Below, in pieces: positions 1 through 10,988 of a stretch of DNA of 37,667 nt. The notes beneath the pieces are model-generated. The model was not told where the DNA came from, did not search any database, and worked only from the letters and a program-made list of their open reading frames with translations. How positions within the stretch are numbered: the stretch's first letter is position 1; each line of letters starts with the position of its first letter. The stretch lies in the NCBI GenBank assembly GCA_020536535.1, contig JAHLWZ010000962.1, forward strand, positions 1-37,667, given 5' to 3'. The stretch is from Pelomyxa schiedti (taxonomy: Eukaryota > Protista > Evosea). Made by a program: the position numbers and the translations under genes.

Positions 1-1142
1 CGCACACTGTTTTTAAGGAACAAATGTTGGCGTTTATGATGTCGTCGCACGCTCGGTGTGGCGCGAGCAGCGCGGCGTCTGCCCTCACATCCCACAATGC
101 GCCCCTCGCGAGGTTGTGGGTCGACAAGTGGTCCCGCGGGACGCGTGCTGTGATACAAAGCGTCACAACCAACACGAGCATCACCGTGGGTGTGTCGATG
201 CACACGCTGGGCGTGACTTCGTTGCAGTCCCCGTCATCGCCATTGGCAAAATGTGGCCCTGTGAGAGTGAGGCAGTGCGCTGTCGGCATCGCCTTGTGGC
301 TCGACTCGGCGCACTACATTTCAACGACTTATGGGAAGGGCGGGTGGAGCGACTTCTCCCTGGCCGTGACCAACGTCGACACCGGCGAGACTGCGGCTGT
401 ACCTGAATCAAATAGATCAAAGTTGAAGTCACTCACTTGCAAGAAACCCTGGATTCTCGACTGGGAGCAGTGGAATTTGTGGAAGGTTCATGATGTAAAT
501 CCCCCAATGATGAAGCTGTCACAACCGAGGAAGCTGAGGTTTTCAGAGGGTGGAGTGTGGTATTTCTCTGACTGGGTCGATGGTGGGCACAGTTTCTGTG
601 TGAGTAACTCCATCTACTGTGGTGGGTTGCTCCAATCTTTCATCTGCCACTTGATTGATGCTGAGGGTGCATTTGAGAGTGGCGTGATGGTTCCTGTGGA
701 GACTGTGAGGTTCGATGTGCCTCATGAGTTGATCATCCCTGAGCCTTTTCCCACTTATTTCTTCTGGGAACCCAAGAGGTTTCTGTTTGACATGAACGAC
801 GCAATGTACGAACTGATGCGCGATGGAACAACAAGAGTCCTTTTCAGAAAGCCAACCACGAATCCGGAGGTGATTGGCAACTTTGTTGTTGCACAGAGTG
901 AGGGCAAACTGGAGGTGTGGAACCTCTTCACTTATGTCACAGAGCCAGTTGTCATCAAGCATCGAAGTTTGGGTTCTCCTTCGATCCGTCTGTGGTGTGC
1001 TGGTGATTTTCTTGCTGTTGAGGATGGATCTAGGGCTCATCTGTTTGATCCCTCCTCTGGTGTTGTCATCTTCACGTTGAGTGTGAATAAACTCCTCAAG
1101 CATGGTCTCTTCCTCAACAATAATGCTTCATTCCTCGTTTAA
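1..1142 (+). CDS. SSHARCG-motif family protein, copy 1 (subfamily A), 5' end cut by the window edge
   Basis: Intronless ORF reading FKEQMLAFMMSSHARCGASSAASALTSHNAPL. It carries the subfamily A motifs TCKKPWI, FICHLIDAEGAFESGVMVPV, LFRKPT and DPSSGVVIFTL. Confidence 0.85.
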   Translation, partial: HTVFKEQMLAFMMSSHARCGASSAASALTSHNAPLARLWVDKWSRGTRAVIQSVTTNTSITVGVSMHTLGVTSLQSPSSPLAKCGPVRVRQCAVGIALWLDSAHYISTTYGKGGWSDFSLAVTNVDTGETAAVPESNRSKLKSLTCKKPWILDWEQWNLWKVHDVNPPMMKLSQPRKLRFSEGGVWYFSDWVDGGHSFCVSNSIYCGGLLQSFICHLIDAEGAFESGVMVPVETVRFDVPHELIIPEPFPTYFFWEPKRFLFDMNDAMYELMRDGTTRVLFRKPTTNPEVIGNFVVAQSEGKLEVWNLFTYVTEPVVIKHRSLGSPSIRLWCAGDFLAVEDGSRAHLFDPSSGVVIFTLSVNKLLKHGLFLNNNASFLV

Positions 1143-1171
1143 ACCAAAATAGATTCTCTTAATTCAAAAAA

Positions 1172-2505
1172 ATGTCCTCATCAACATCTGCCAACGGTCG
1201 TGTTGTGGACCCACACCTCGTTTTTCGGGATCAAATGGTTGCGTTTATGATGTCGTCACACGCTCGGTGTGGCATGAACAGCCCAGCGTCGGCCCTCACG
1301 TCCCATAACGCGCCCCTTACGAAACTGATGGTCGACAAATGGNNNNNNNNNNNNNNNNNNNNNNNNNNNNNNNNNNNNNNNNNNNNNNNNNNNNNNNNNN
1401 NNNNNNNNNNNNNNNNNNNNNNNNNNNNNNNNNNNNNNNNNNTTTTCGGGATCAAATGGTTGCGTTTATGATGTCGTCACACGCTCGGTGTGGCATGAAC
1501 AGCCCAGCGTCGGCCCTCACGTCCCATAACGCGCCCCTTACGAAACTGATGGTCGACAAATGGTCCCGCGGCTGCGTGGTGATCTGCAGCCCCAGGTTCG
1601 GCCAGGTGAAGCCGGTCGTTGGGGTGTCGGCCCACACGCTGGGAGCCACGCGGTGCATCAGCGAGTGGCACCACAACGGCGCAGTTACGTGGATGGACAA
1701 CATGCACTTCCTGTCCACGGGAATGGAAACGAGGGTGACCAACGCAGTCACCGGCCTGTACGACATCGTGCCCGACACCGACATGTTCAATCCCCGGCTC
1801 CTGGTGTGCAGCTGCAAGTGGATCGTGGAGGACCGGATCTGGAGGGTGTGGGAGGTGACCATGGACAACTACGACGACGAGGACCTGAGCGTGTCGGACC
1901 CGAGGAGTGTGGTGCCTTGGTGGAAGAAGGCAGCGAAAGAGCCACCGCGCGGCACCAAGGGGCCACAGTTCTTCCTGTCCAGGATGGTTGGTGATGGGTT
2001 CTGCGAGGTGAGGAAGCATGGGTTTCCGCTGCAGCCGCAGTTGAGAGTGTACTTCTTGGTTGATGTGCAGAGGGCGTTCGAGACTGGCGAGATGGTGCCT
2101 GTCGACAGAGTGAGTGTCAAAATCCCGGAGAAGCTTGGAAAGCAGGTAGATTTCACGCACTGCTTCTGGTCATCCAAAAGAGTTGTGGTTGCCAAGAGCA
2201 ACAGAGTGTACGAGCTGACGACAAGTGGCGAGCTGAGGTTCCTTTGCACACACGTACCAGATGGCCTGGCAATCCTGGACAACTGCTTATTGGTTGCCCT
2301 GGGGAGAGTGACTGATCAGTGCGAGGTGTGGGACTTCTCCAGCAGAAGCACTACTGTAACACAGCCAAGAACAACAATCACACTCCCATGCAGGCCAATC
2401 ACACTTAGTTCATGGGGAGCCTTGATTGTTGTGCAGGGGGACTCTGATGTGCACGTTGTTGATCCCGCCTCTGGTGCACTCATTTTTACATTCATGACAC
2501 ATTAG
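1172..2505 (+). CDS. SSHARCG-motif family protein, copy 2 (subfamily B), interrupted by a scaffold gap
   Basis: ATG at 1172 and the family motif. Subfamily B motifs are PWW, MVGDGF, LVDVQRAFETGEMVPVD and HCFWSSKRVVV. Bases 1222-1342 recur identically at 1443-1563 across the N gap. Confidence 0.8.
1343..1442. other. Assembly gap (100 N) flanked by an identical 121-bp overlap
   Basis: Run of N with the same sequence on both sides. Confidence 0.95.
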
Positions 2506-2646
2506 TGATGCAAAGGCATGACAAAAAAAGCGAGAAGAGTGTGTACCTGATCAGTACCTTCGCTGTCTCGTTCTGGTAATAAATAATCCAGATTCCGGAA
2601 CGAACAATGGCCATCACCACCGAGGAAAAGATTTCACAGATCGAAC

Positions 2647-5600
2647 ATGTCGTGGGTGAAGAAAGTAATTGGCGACACTGTTATGTCCGTCGTCGACGAC
2701 ACATCCCACAGCCACGATGGGGGCAGGTACACGGGGCGCCTCGTCGAGGGCCGCCGCGACGGCTGGGGCGTCTGCCGCTGGCCCGACGGCAACACCTACG
2801 ACGGCGAGTGGAGCCACGGCGCCAGGCAGGGCCGCGGCGTGCACGTGTGGCCCGACGGCGGCACCTACGACGGCGAGTGGCACAAGAACCTGTGCGACGG
2901 CTGGGGCACGCGGGCCCACGCCGGCGCCGGCTGGAGGTACGAGGGCCTGATGAGGAGCGACCAGTGGAAGGTGGGCACGTGGCACAGCCCCGACGGGGTA
3001 GATGTGCAACACGGCACGTGGGCGTGGAACGAGACGAAAAAGGCGAACGAGATGCAGGGGTGGGGTGTCCAGAGGAGGAGGAATGGAAGCGCCGACGAAA
3101 TGGAGACCGTGTATGAGGGTCAGTGGGAGGGGGGCAAGTGGCATGGGTGGGGAACGTGGAGGTCGCCCAGCCACTCGGGAGATATGTTCCATGGCCAGTT
3201 TGATCACGGCAAGATGAGCGGTTATGGGAGGATGTTGTTTGGCGGGAAGAGTGAAGGGGTTGGAGGGAGTTACGTTGGGGAGTGGAAGGATGACATGTTC
3301 CATGGGAGGGGTGTACGGACGTGGGACGATGGGACAAAGTACAAGGGTGAGTGGGTGTATGGGAATGAGCACGGATCGGGCACAAAAACGTGGGCACGTG
3401 ATGGAACGTCGTTTGAGGGTGTTTGGGATACAGGTGCGATTGTATGTGGCACAAAGAGGTGGCCAAATGGTGATGAATTCGCTGGAACATTCACTGTGGA
3501 TGGTGTTGGGGAGGGGAAAGCCATTTTCAAAAAGAACAACTTGGAGGAGTTTCACCAATTTGAAGGAACTTTGAAAAACAATGTTTTTCAAGCAACTGTG
3601 GGTATCTCTTGTCAGATGGGTGCTGGTGACCTGCAGATGGCGGTGTGTTTTCATAAATAATTTTTATCATTCACTTGCATTGGATGAATCAACTCCATTT
3701 TCAGGATAAAGTTAGAAAGCTGGAAACTACAATAAATTCCTTGAAACAAGAGCTTCTTGAAGTAAAACGGAAGCTTGCCAAACAAACAGAATGTGGTACC
3801 TTCAGTTTTCATCCAAATAACCAAAACTGAAACAAGGCTTTGAGCACACCTTGAAACACATCCAACGAGGGGTCTGGGTGAAGTCAATTGCGCCAAACAA
3901 AAGGTACAAAGAAACTCAAAGAAGCACACCAGAAGAGGAATGGGGTGGATGTGTGATGAGACCAATTTCAGTAACACTAGAAAGGCACAATATTGCAGAC
4001 TCTAAATTAATTTGCTCTTTGTGCCCATTGGAAAAGGTTGTCATGAAAACCATTACTTTGAATTTATGTTCTTTTTAACAAGGTTGTCAAGATGGAAATT
4101 GAGACCAAGTTTGCAGTGGATGAAAGTCAACAGGTTGTCTCTTTCCCCACCACTGGTGAGCATAGTGGATGGCGAGCTGGGATTTCCCCATCATTAGCCC
4201 CATTTTTATCTATGTTTCCCCTTGAAGCGGTTCCAGGTTCACAACAACCCCTCAGTTAAATTGAAGGTTTAGAAAAATCATAGAGATCAAGGTGACACTG
4301 ACACCTGTGATGGACATACCGGAGTCAGACCTGGCATTTATGTGCTCTTTGGGCAGTGGAAGTTATGGGACAGTGAGCAAGTGTACCCACATTCCCTCAA
4401 AAAGAATAGTTGCTGCTAAAACACTGCATGATGTGCTTGTCATGGAAGACAGCAAGGTTGAGAAGTTTATGCTGGAAGCAGAGGTACCATTTAAAATCCC
4501 TTTTTGGATCCAACCCCTAATCACAGATTGTCAGTGGGTTGAGGCATCCCAACATCGTGAAGTGCATTGGAACAACTATTACCACATCTAGAAGACTACA
4601 CATGATAGTTTCTGAGCTCATGTGTTGCAGTCTCAGGCAACTTCTTCAGGTTGCCACCACTCCCCCGCACCTTGTTGACTGACTACCCAAACACAGACAA
4701 AGCAGCTGAGTTTCAAAGAGGTGACATCTATTGCATTGAATGTTTCCCAGGGAATGGACAGCCTCCACAGGTGTGGTTACAATGTCCTTATTATTTTTAC
4801 TAACACACCATACAACCAGGCTGAATTACATGCACAGGGACCTGAGCAGCAACAATGTCCTTTTTGACTCAGATGGAACTCCAAAGATTTGTGACTTTGG
4901 TTTATTTTTTTTGCTCAGTTGTACTCTGCTCATTCATTCACGAAAAGGTGTGTCCCGAGCAATGGATCCTCATGGGACACAACGAAATAATGACATGACA
5001 AAAGACCCAGGGACACTTCTTTACATGTCCCCACAAATGTTCACTACACATTATTCGATTGAAGGTTGTTCCTACACTACTTCTTCATCATTAAAACCCA
5101 CAAACAGGGGACATGTGGAGCTTTGGCATTCTGATGACTGAGATGATGAATGGCGGGATTGTTCAACCCAAACTTTGGAGCCTCCCATTGAATAAGTATC
5201 CTACATTCATGGCTGAGCAGAAGAGAATGCTTCTGAAACCAGAGATCGAGGGTCACTCACTCCAGAGTCCCTGATTACACTAACAAATAACACAGAGGTG
5301 AACAGACTCTGCTACGAATCTAGTGAAACCATTGTTGCAAACTGCCTGAGTAGGAGGAGTGATTCCCTTGACGCTGTGAACACATTAACACACTCCTGTG
5401 ATTCCCCAATGCGGCAAGATGGAACTGCAATCCCAAAGACAGCTGCAGACCTCATGTATTCAGTTGTAGAGTCATGTCTCTCGATTCTGGGTTTGTTATT
5501 TGTTTTCGATTCTCATTCATTTCAATTAAGAGAGGGACCGGTTTCCGTTCACAGTGATTGTGAAGCTGCTGTTTTCTGTTTGTACCTGTGTGGCCATTGC

Positions 5601-5739
5601 TTCACAGACATCTACAGAAGCACCAGTGACAGATGATCAAGTCAAAGACTCCATCTCTGACTGGCTCTTCTCCCTCAGCACTTCAGTCCATCTTGTATCA
5701 CCAGCACCCCCATGCACCATAGGCACCGGGGAGATTTAA
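2647..5739 (+). CDS. MORN-repeat protein kinase (TKL-like), multi-exon
   Basis: Exon 1 has many YxGxW...HGxG MORN repeats, followed by a coiled-coil exon near 3705-3795. Kinase motifs are LGSGSYGTV, VAAKTL, HRDLSSNNVL, ICDFG, GTLLYMSPQ and GDMWSFG, split by short GT-AG introns. Stop TAA at 5739. Confidence 0.85.
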
Positions 5740-5838
5740 CACAATTGGTACAGCCTCTGATTTGACTTTGCCTGACCATCTGACAATGGGTCGACGTGTT
5801 GAGAATACTTGTTGGGTTCTGATTCTAAATCAAGCAAA

Positions 5839-7047
5839 ATGTCTCGTCTAGGTCACGACGACGGGGACGATGACGAGTGGGTGGTGCCGGTCCGTTGTGT
5901 CCCGCAACTGAGGTTCAGGGATCAAATGGTTGCGTTTATGATGTCGTCGCACCCTCGATGCGGCAGAGACAGCCCAGCGTCGTCCCTCACGTCATCCCAT
6001 AACACGCCCCTCGTGACTCACCTGGCAAACAAATTGTCCCGCGGCTGCGCCGTGATTCGCAGCCTGCCACTGGACACGAACTTCGTCATCGGTGTGTCCG
6101 ACCACACGCTGGGCGTCACCACCCTCTTCCGAAGGTGGTGGAACAGATCCGCGATTGCGTGGATGGACGCCACCCACTGCCTGACCAAGACCCGGCGCGA
6201 CGACGGTTCCCTGCGCACAGCGGTCGCCGACACAGCCACTGGGCGCTGTGCCGACGTCCCTGGGGTCGACCACACGTTGGCCGTGAGCTCACTGGCTGCC
6301 AGAGGCAAGTGGATCGTGGACTACAATCAGTGGAGGGTGTGGAAGGTGACGATGGAGGACGAGGACGGAGGGGAGATTATGGGAGGACTTCCAATGGTGT
6401 CACAGCCGAGGAGAGTGAGGCCCTGGTGGAGATTTGGGAGCGAGGCGGAGCAGGGGAATGACGCCAGGCAGCGGGAGTCGTTGTTTTCTCTGAATTTGAT
6501 GGTGGGTGATGGGTTCATGGATGTCTGGAGGAGGAGTCCTGGTGTTGATTTGTATGCGAGGGAGCATTACTTGGTCGACGTTGAGAGGGCGTTTGAAACC
6601 GGCGAGATGGTGCCAGTTGACACTGTGAGAGTTGCTGTCCCACGGCGGCTTGACAGCACCATCTGCTTCTCGCATTGCTTCTGGGCGTCGAAAAGAGTTG
6701 TGGTCAGCGGGGCCACTGTCTATGAGCTTATGGGAAGCGGCGAGCTGAGGTATCTCTGTGAAAACACAGTTTCGGCTTGTGCAGGTGACCCGCTTACTGT
6801 GGACAACTTGTTGATTGCAGAAAGGAAAGGCATGGCCCATCAGTGTGCGGTGTGGGACTTCTCCAGCAGATTTGCGAAAGAGCCCACAGTGATCACACTC
6901 GCACACTGTGAAGATGAGTGCGACCGAGTTAGAATTTACTCCTGGGGAGGACTTCTTATTGCACGTGAGAAGTCACAAGTTCACGTTGTTGACCCTTCCT
7001 CTGGTGTGCAACTTTTCACTCTTTCTGCAACAAACGGTGCTCTGTGA
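5839..7047 (+). CDS. SSHARCG-motif family protein, copy 3 (subfamily B)
   Basis: Intronless ORF with FRDQMVAFMMSSHPRCG, LVDVERAFETGEMVPVD and VHVVDPSSG. Confidence 0.88.
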   Translation: MSRLGHDDGDDDEWVVPVRCVPQLRFRDQMVAFMMSSHPRCGRDSPASSLTSSHNTPLVTHLANKLSRGCAVIRSLPLDTNFVIGVSDHTLGVTTLFRRWWNRSAIAWMDATHCLTKTRRDDGSLRTAVADTATGRCADVPGVDHTLAVSSLAARGKWIVDYNQWRVWKVTMEDEDGGEIMGGLPMVSQPRRVRPWWRFGSEAEQGNDARQRESLFSLNLMVGDGFMDVWRRSPGVDLYAREHYLVDVERAFETGEMVPVDTVRVAVPRRLDSTICFSHCFWASKRVVVSGATVYELMGSGELRYLCENTVSACAGDPLTVDNLLIAERKGMAHQCAVWDFSSRFAKEPTVITLAHCEDECDRVRIYSWGGLLIAREKSQVHVVDPSSGVQLFTLSATNGAL

Positions 7048-7104
7048 CAAAAATATTCTTTCACAGTCAAAACAAAGTTTAATGACGTTTTGGAGGTGAT
7101 AGTG

Positions 7105-8183
7105 TCACATCAACAAGCAGGGTTCAAAGCCAGTTGGGCGGGAATGTTCTGCAACTGGCTTCACTCCTCTTGGAAACTTTATTGGCTCTGTCCTTTTCCC
7201 ACTTTCAGTCCCTTCCAGTGCCAGCTGGGCAAGGGCTGTGAGGAGCACTGGAATGTTCTTCTTGTTCTTTGCTGACACTTCAATGAACCCGTCACAGTTG
7301 CTGGATTTGGCAAATTCAAGGCCCTGTGAATAAGTGACCACTCCACCAATGTCCGCCTTGTTACCACACAGAAGTACCTGTGTTTGTGTGAGTCAGAGGA
7401 GAGTGCCAGTGCCATTGCCATTATAACCTTGCATCTGGGCTTTGAAAGGGCGCGAATTTCAGTGATGAGTCCTGTCAATGCAGTGAATGATGCCATGTTT
7501 GTCACATCATACACCAGCAGAATAGCCGGAGCAGAACGATAGTACATTGGAAGCTTTATTATCCCACTTTCTTTTTAATAGAACCCAACTGTTGACAGGA
7601 GAACACACCAATCGGTGGAATCTTGCCTGTCCACCAGTGTCTGAAAAGCATGAAAGAAAATGTAAGGAGAGCTCTACATACCCCACAGTTCCAACTTGAC
7701 TGTACCACAAGGTAGTGGTGCCACTCCAACTGCAAACCTCGAACCCAATGTGGTTTGGTGCATGTCCAAAAACTTTCCCCCCGTGAGCAGTTCCACAATG
7801 CAGGTCTTTCCTGTTCCAGTGTCACCAATCACACACACCTGGAAACCCCGGAGTTGTTCCCAACAGGTGATACTCGTTCGTTCCGTGATCCAGTTCACAC
7901 AACACTGCATTCTCATTGCCTTCAGCTTTCTGTGGGTTTTTTTAAGTAAGTACATAGTTACAGTTATTTTTATGACCAGAGAGCAAGGCTAAAATACATA
8001 CATTGCCACAAACGAGTGGAACATTTTGTTGACCCTGTCGAGGGCACACAACGTAGGCAAGTCCTCGACGTTGCTCACGATTCTCTCAGCGACTCCAGAG
8101 TCAATAACAACAACCATCACCACCCTCCTGGGCGCACTACCACCAACAACACTCCCACAACGATGCTCAGAGATGTTAATCAT
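7105..8183 (-). CDS. Rab-like small GTPase with an N-terminal F-box-like extension, multi-exon
   Basis: G1 GDTGTGKT, G3 WDTGGQARF (across an intron), MYYRSA, G4 GNKAD, G5 EVSAK and C-terminal CLLM. Exon 1 (8183-8002) joins in frame through a GTATGT...CAG intron at 8001-7930. Confidence 0.85.
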
Positions 8184-8277
8184 CTATCACCACCGTACAC
8201 TTCGTCTAACAGGAAGATTACTGTACAGTAATCTGTTAGACGAAGTGCACGGTGGTGACAGATGATAAACATCTCTG
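8168..8277. repeat. Near-perfect 110-bp palindrome spanning the divergent promoter and both start codons
   Basis: The arms are reverse complements centred on tgt|aca (8224/8225), with 3 mismatches and one 4-nt bulge. Confidence 0.95.
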
Positions 8278-9608
8278 TATCACAAATGGATCCGGAGGCT
8301 GATTGGTTTCTTGAGCCGCACCTCGTGTTCAGGGACCAAATGGTTGCGTTTATGATGTCGTCGCACGCTCGGTGTGGCGCGGGCAGCGCGGCGTCCGCCC
8401 TCACGTCCCACAATGCGCCCCTCGCGCGTTGGCTTGTCGGCAAATGGTCGCGCGGCCGTGTGGTGACGCGCATGATGCACCGCGACCACACGTCGGTGCA
8501 GCTGAGCTCCGTGGTCGGGGTGTCGCGCCTGACACTGGGAGTGACCAGCAGCCTCCAGGAGTGGAAAACGCAGGGCGGCGTCGAGAGGATGGACAGCACC
8601 CACTGCATGTGCGTTGGGTTTGGGCAGGACCGGCCGTTCCTCGTCGACCTGGAGACCGGCAGATGCCTCGGCCTGCCCGGCACCTTCCAGACCTCCATGT
8701 GGCTTCACATTATTGCCAGAGGCAGGTGGGTCGTGCTCAGCAAGCCGTGGACGGTGTGGAAGGTGACGATGGGAGATGGTGATTGCGATGGTGATGAGGA
8801 TTGTGGGACGATGAGCGTGTCGCAGCCCAGGAGGTTGGTTCCTTGGTGGAAGATGATGAATGATGGCACTGGCTGTCGTGGAACTGCTGGCGTCATCATT
8901 GATGAGAGGAAAGAAAACGAAGAGGGGGATGATGGGTTCCATTTCACTGGGATGGTTGGCGATGGGTTCTTTGAGGTGTGGTCGAGGGTGCAGAGCGGAA
9001 TTGAGTTGAACTTGGTTGACGTTGAGAGGGCATTTGAGACTGGCCTGATGGTTCCTGTTGACACGGCGAGTGTTCCTCTTATGACATATTCTTTTCACTT
9101 CTTCTGGGCATCAAAGAGAGCTCTGGTTGTCAAGGAACACATGGCACAACTGCTGTTGGAAAGTCGTCATTGGAAGTTGCTTTGTTCATGCCAGTCACAC
9201 TTTGATCTGGAGGACTTCTTAATCACATACAGGAACGAGCTGATCAACCAGTGTGAAGTCTGGTACTTGTCCTCCCACACGAGCCAGAGTGAAATGGAAC
9301 CAAAAGTGATCACACTCCCGTGCTTGGATTGCCAGCAAATGGAACTGAATTCTTGGGGAGGACTCCTTGTCCTGCTGGACAAGGTCACAACAAAAGTTCA
9401 TGTTGTTGACCCCACTTCCGGCGTTCACATTTTCACAGTGAGTGCAACCGAGAGACCTTGTAATTTCAGTGAACAAACTGTGCCTGTCCCTGAGGTGGAG
9501 GAGGAAGGGGCCGCTCTTTCCGCTCTCGCGGTTCCCCCGCCTTCCCCGCCCCACTCCCTCCCCCTCCCTCCCTCCTCTCTCCCTCGAGCACACTGTTCGT
9601 TGATTTGA
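8262..9608 (+). CDS. SSHARCG-motif family protein, copy 4 (subfamily B) with a Pro-rich tail; alternative start at 8286
   Basis: Intronless ORF with WFLEPHLVFRDQMVAFMMSSHARCG and LVDVERAFETG. Confidence 0.87.
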   Translation: MINISVSQMDPEADWFLEPHLVFRDQMVAFMMSSHARCGAGSAASALTSHNAPLARWLVGKWSRGRVVTRMMHRDHTSVQLSSVVGVSRLTLGVTSSLQEWKTQGGVERMDSTHCMCVGFGQDRPFLVDLETGRCLGLPGTFQTSMWLHIIARGRWVVLSKPWTVWKVTMGDGDCDGDEDCGTMSVSQPRRLVPWWKMMNDGTGCRGTAGVIIDERKENEEGDDGFHFTGMVGDGFFEVWSRVQSGIELNLVDVERAFETGLMVPVDTASVPLMTYSFHFFWASKRALVVKEHMAQLLLESRHWKLLCSCQSHFDLEDFLITYRNELINQCEVWYLSSHTSQSEMEPKVITLPCLDCQQMELNSWGGLLVLLDKVTTKVHVVDPTSGVHIFTVSATERPCNFSEQTVPVPEVEEEGAALSALAVPPPSPPHSLPLPPSSLPRAHCSLI

Positions 9609-9643
9609 TTTAACACACAAAGAAGTGAATGAATTCAGATTTC

Positions 9644-10777
9644 ATGGCGAGTGATGGTGCTCGTGTCGAGTGGGTTTTGAGGCCACGAGTGAGGTTACGG
9701 GAACAAATACTGGCGTTGATGATGTCGTCACATCCTCGGTGTGGCCTCAACAGCCCGGTGTCCGCCTTCACATCGTCCCACAATGCCGCCTTCGTCGCGT
9801 TTCTGTTTCGCAAGTGGGCCAACGGCGCCGTGGTCATACAAAGCGATGAACTGCACTCTAGTGTGATAGTGGGAGTTTCGATGCACACACTGGGCGTCAC
9901 TTCCACGATGCGGCAGTACAGCACTCAAAGTGTGTTGTGGTTCGACGCAACACACTATCTGTCCCGCGTAAACCGTGGGTCGGTTGACGCCCCGGTGGCC
10001 CTGATTGATGTTGCGACAGGCGCCTCAGTGCCTATTCCTGGATTGTTTGTGTATTACCCTCTGGTTTGCAGGAAACCGTGGATTGTGGACTGGGACAGAT
10101 GGAGGGTGTGGAAGGTGATGCCATCAGCAGACAAAATTCGCTGTGGGGCAAATGGGGAGAGCACGCGGCGTTTGAAGAGTTGGGAGTGGTATTTCCATGG
10201 ATGGGTTGATAGTGAGCATTTCTGCGTGGCCAGAGACTCCCTTGTTGATAAGGTTGTGGGGTCTTTTGTCTGCCAGTTGATTGATGTTGCCAGTGTGTTT
10301 GAGAGCGGATTGATGGTGGCTGTGGAAACTGTAAAGGTTCCGGTGCCATTGGAGTTGCAGGTCTTGCCAAGCCGATTTTGGTTCTTCTGGGATACAAAAA
10401 GGTTTGTGTTTGAAGGTAAGGAAGAAGTGTGCGAGCTTTTACGTGATGGAACCACAAGATTACTGTTCAGAAAACCAACAGTGAATCACACTGTGGTTTC
10501 CAACTTTGTTGTGGCATTGACGAAAGGTGTTCAATTTCAATTGCTGGTGTGGAACTTCAGCACAACTGTTGCCTCAGAGCCAATTACCGTTAGGCTTCCC
10601 AGTGGCCAGGATTTCCATCCTCTGTACATGGCTGGGGATTTTCTTGCTATTGAGGCTACTGGAAACCAAATCCTCTTGGTGGATCCATCCTCTGGGGCTG
10701 TAATTTTCACCTTGATAGTGCCTCCAAATATTGGTCTTTACCTCGCCAATAATGGCTCTTTCCAAGACACACTCTAG
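9644..10777 (+). CDS. SSHARCG-motif family protein, copy 5 (subfamily A); alternative start at 9629
   Basis: LREQILALMMSSHPRCG, VCRKPWIVD, FVCQLIDVASVFESG and LFRKPT. Confidence 0.87.
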   Translation: MASDGARVEWVLRPRVRLREQILALMMSSHPRCGLNSPVSAFTSSHNAAFVAFLFRKWANGAVVIQSDELHSSVIVGVSMHTLGVTSTMRQYSTQSVLWFDATHYLSRVNRGSVDAPVALIDVATGASVPIPGLFVYYPLVCRKPWIVDWDRWRVWKVMPSADKIRCGANGESTRRLKSWEWYFHGWVDSEHFCVARDSLVDKVVGSFVCQLIDVASVFESGLMVAVETVKVPVPLELQVLPSRFWFFWDTKRFVFEGKEEVCELLRDGTTRLLFRKPTVNHTVVSNFVVALTKGVQFQLLVWNFSTTVASEPITVRLPSGQDFHPLYMAGDFLAIEATGNQILLVDPSSGAVIFTLIVPPNIGLYLANNGSFQDTL

Positions 10778-10988
10778 TTCTCTAGTTTTCAAACAACAAC
10801 AAAAAATTTTTCCATCGTTTTGTGTTATTGGTTGAGTTACAATAATCTAAAGGATGATGCCAGGAGTTGTCCTCATAGCCCACAGTTCCAACTTTCCCCC
10901 AACTTGTCATCGCTCAGGATCGGCGGTGTTTTTTTTATTCAGCCAAATCAGTGATATCAACCCAAAAGGTACCCCAAAACCGGAAATC

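Noticed and set aside
1222-1563. Apparent tandem duplication of the family head around the N run
   Set aside because: A 121-bp exact identity flanking exactly 100 N is the signature of an unmerged contig overlap.
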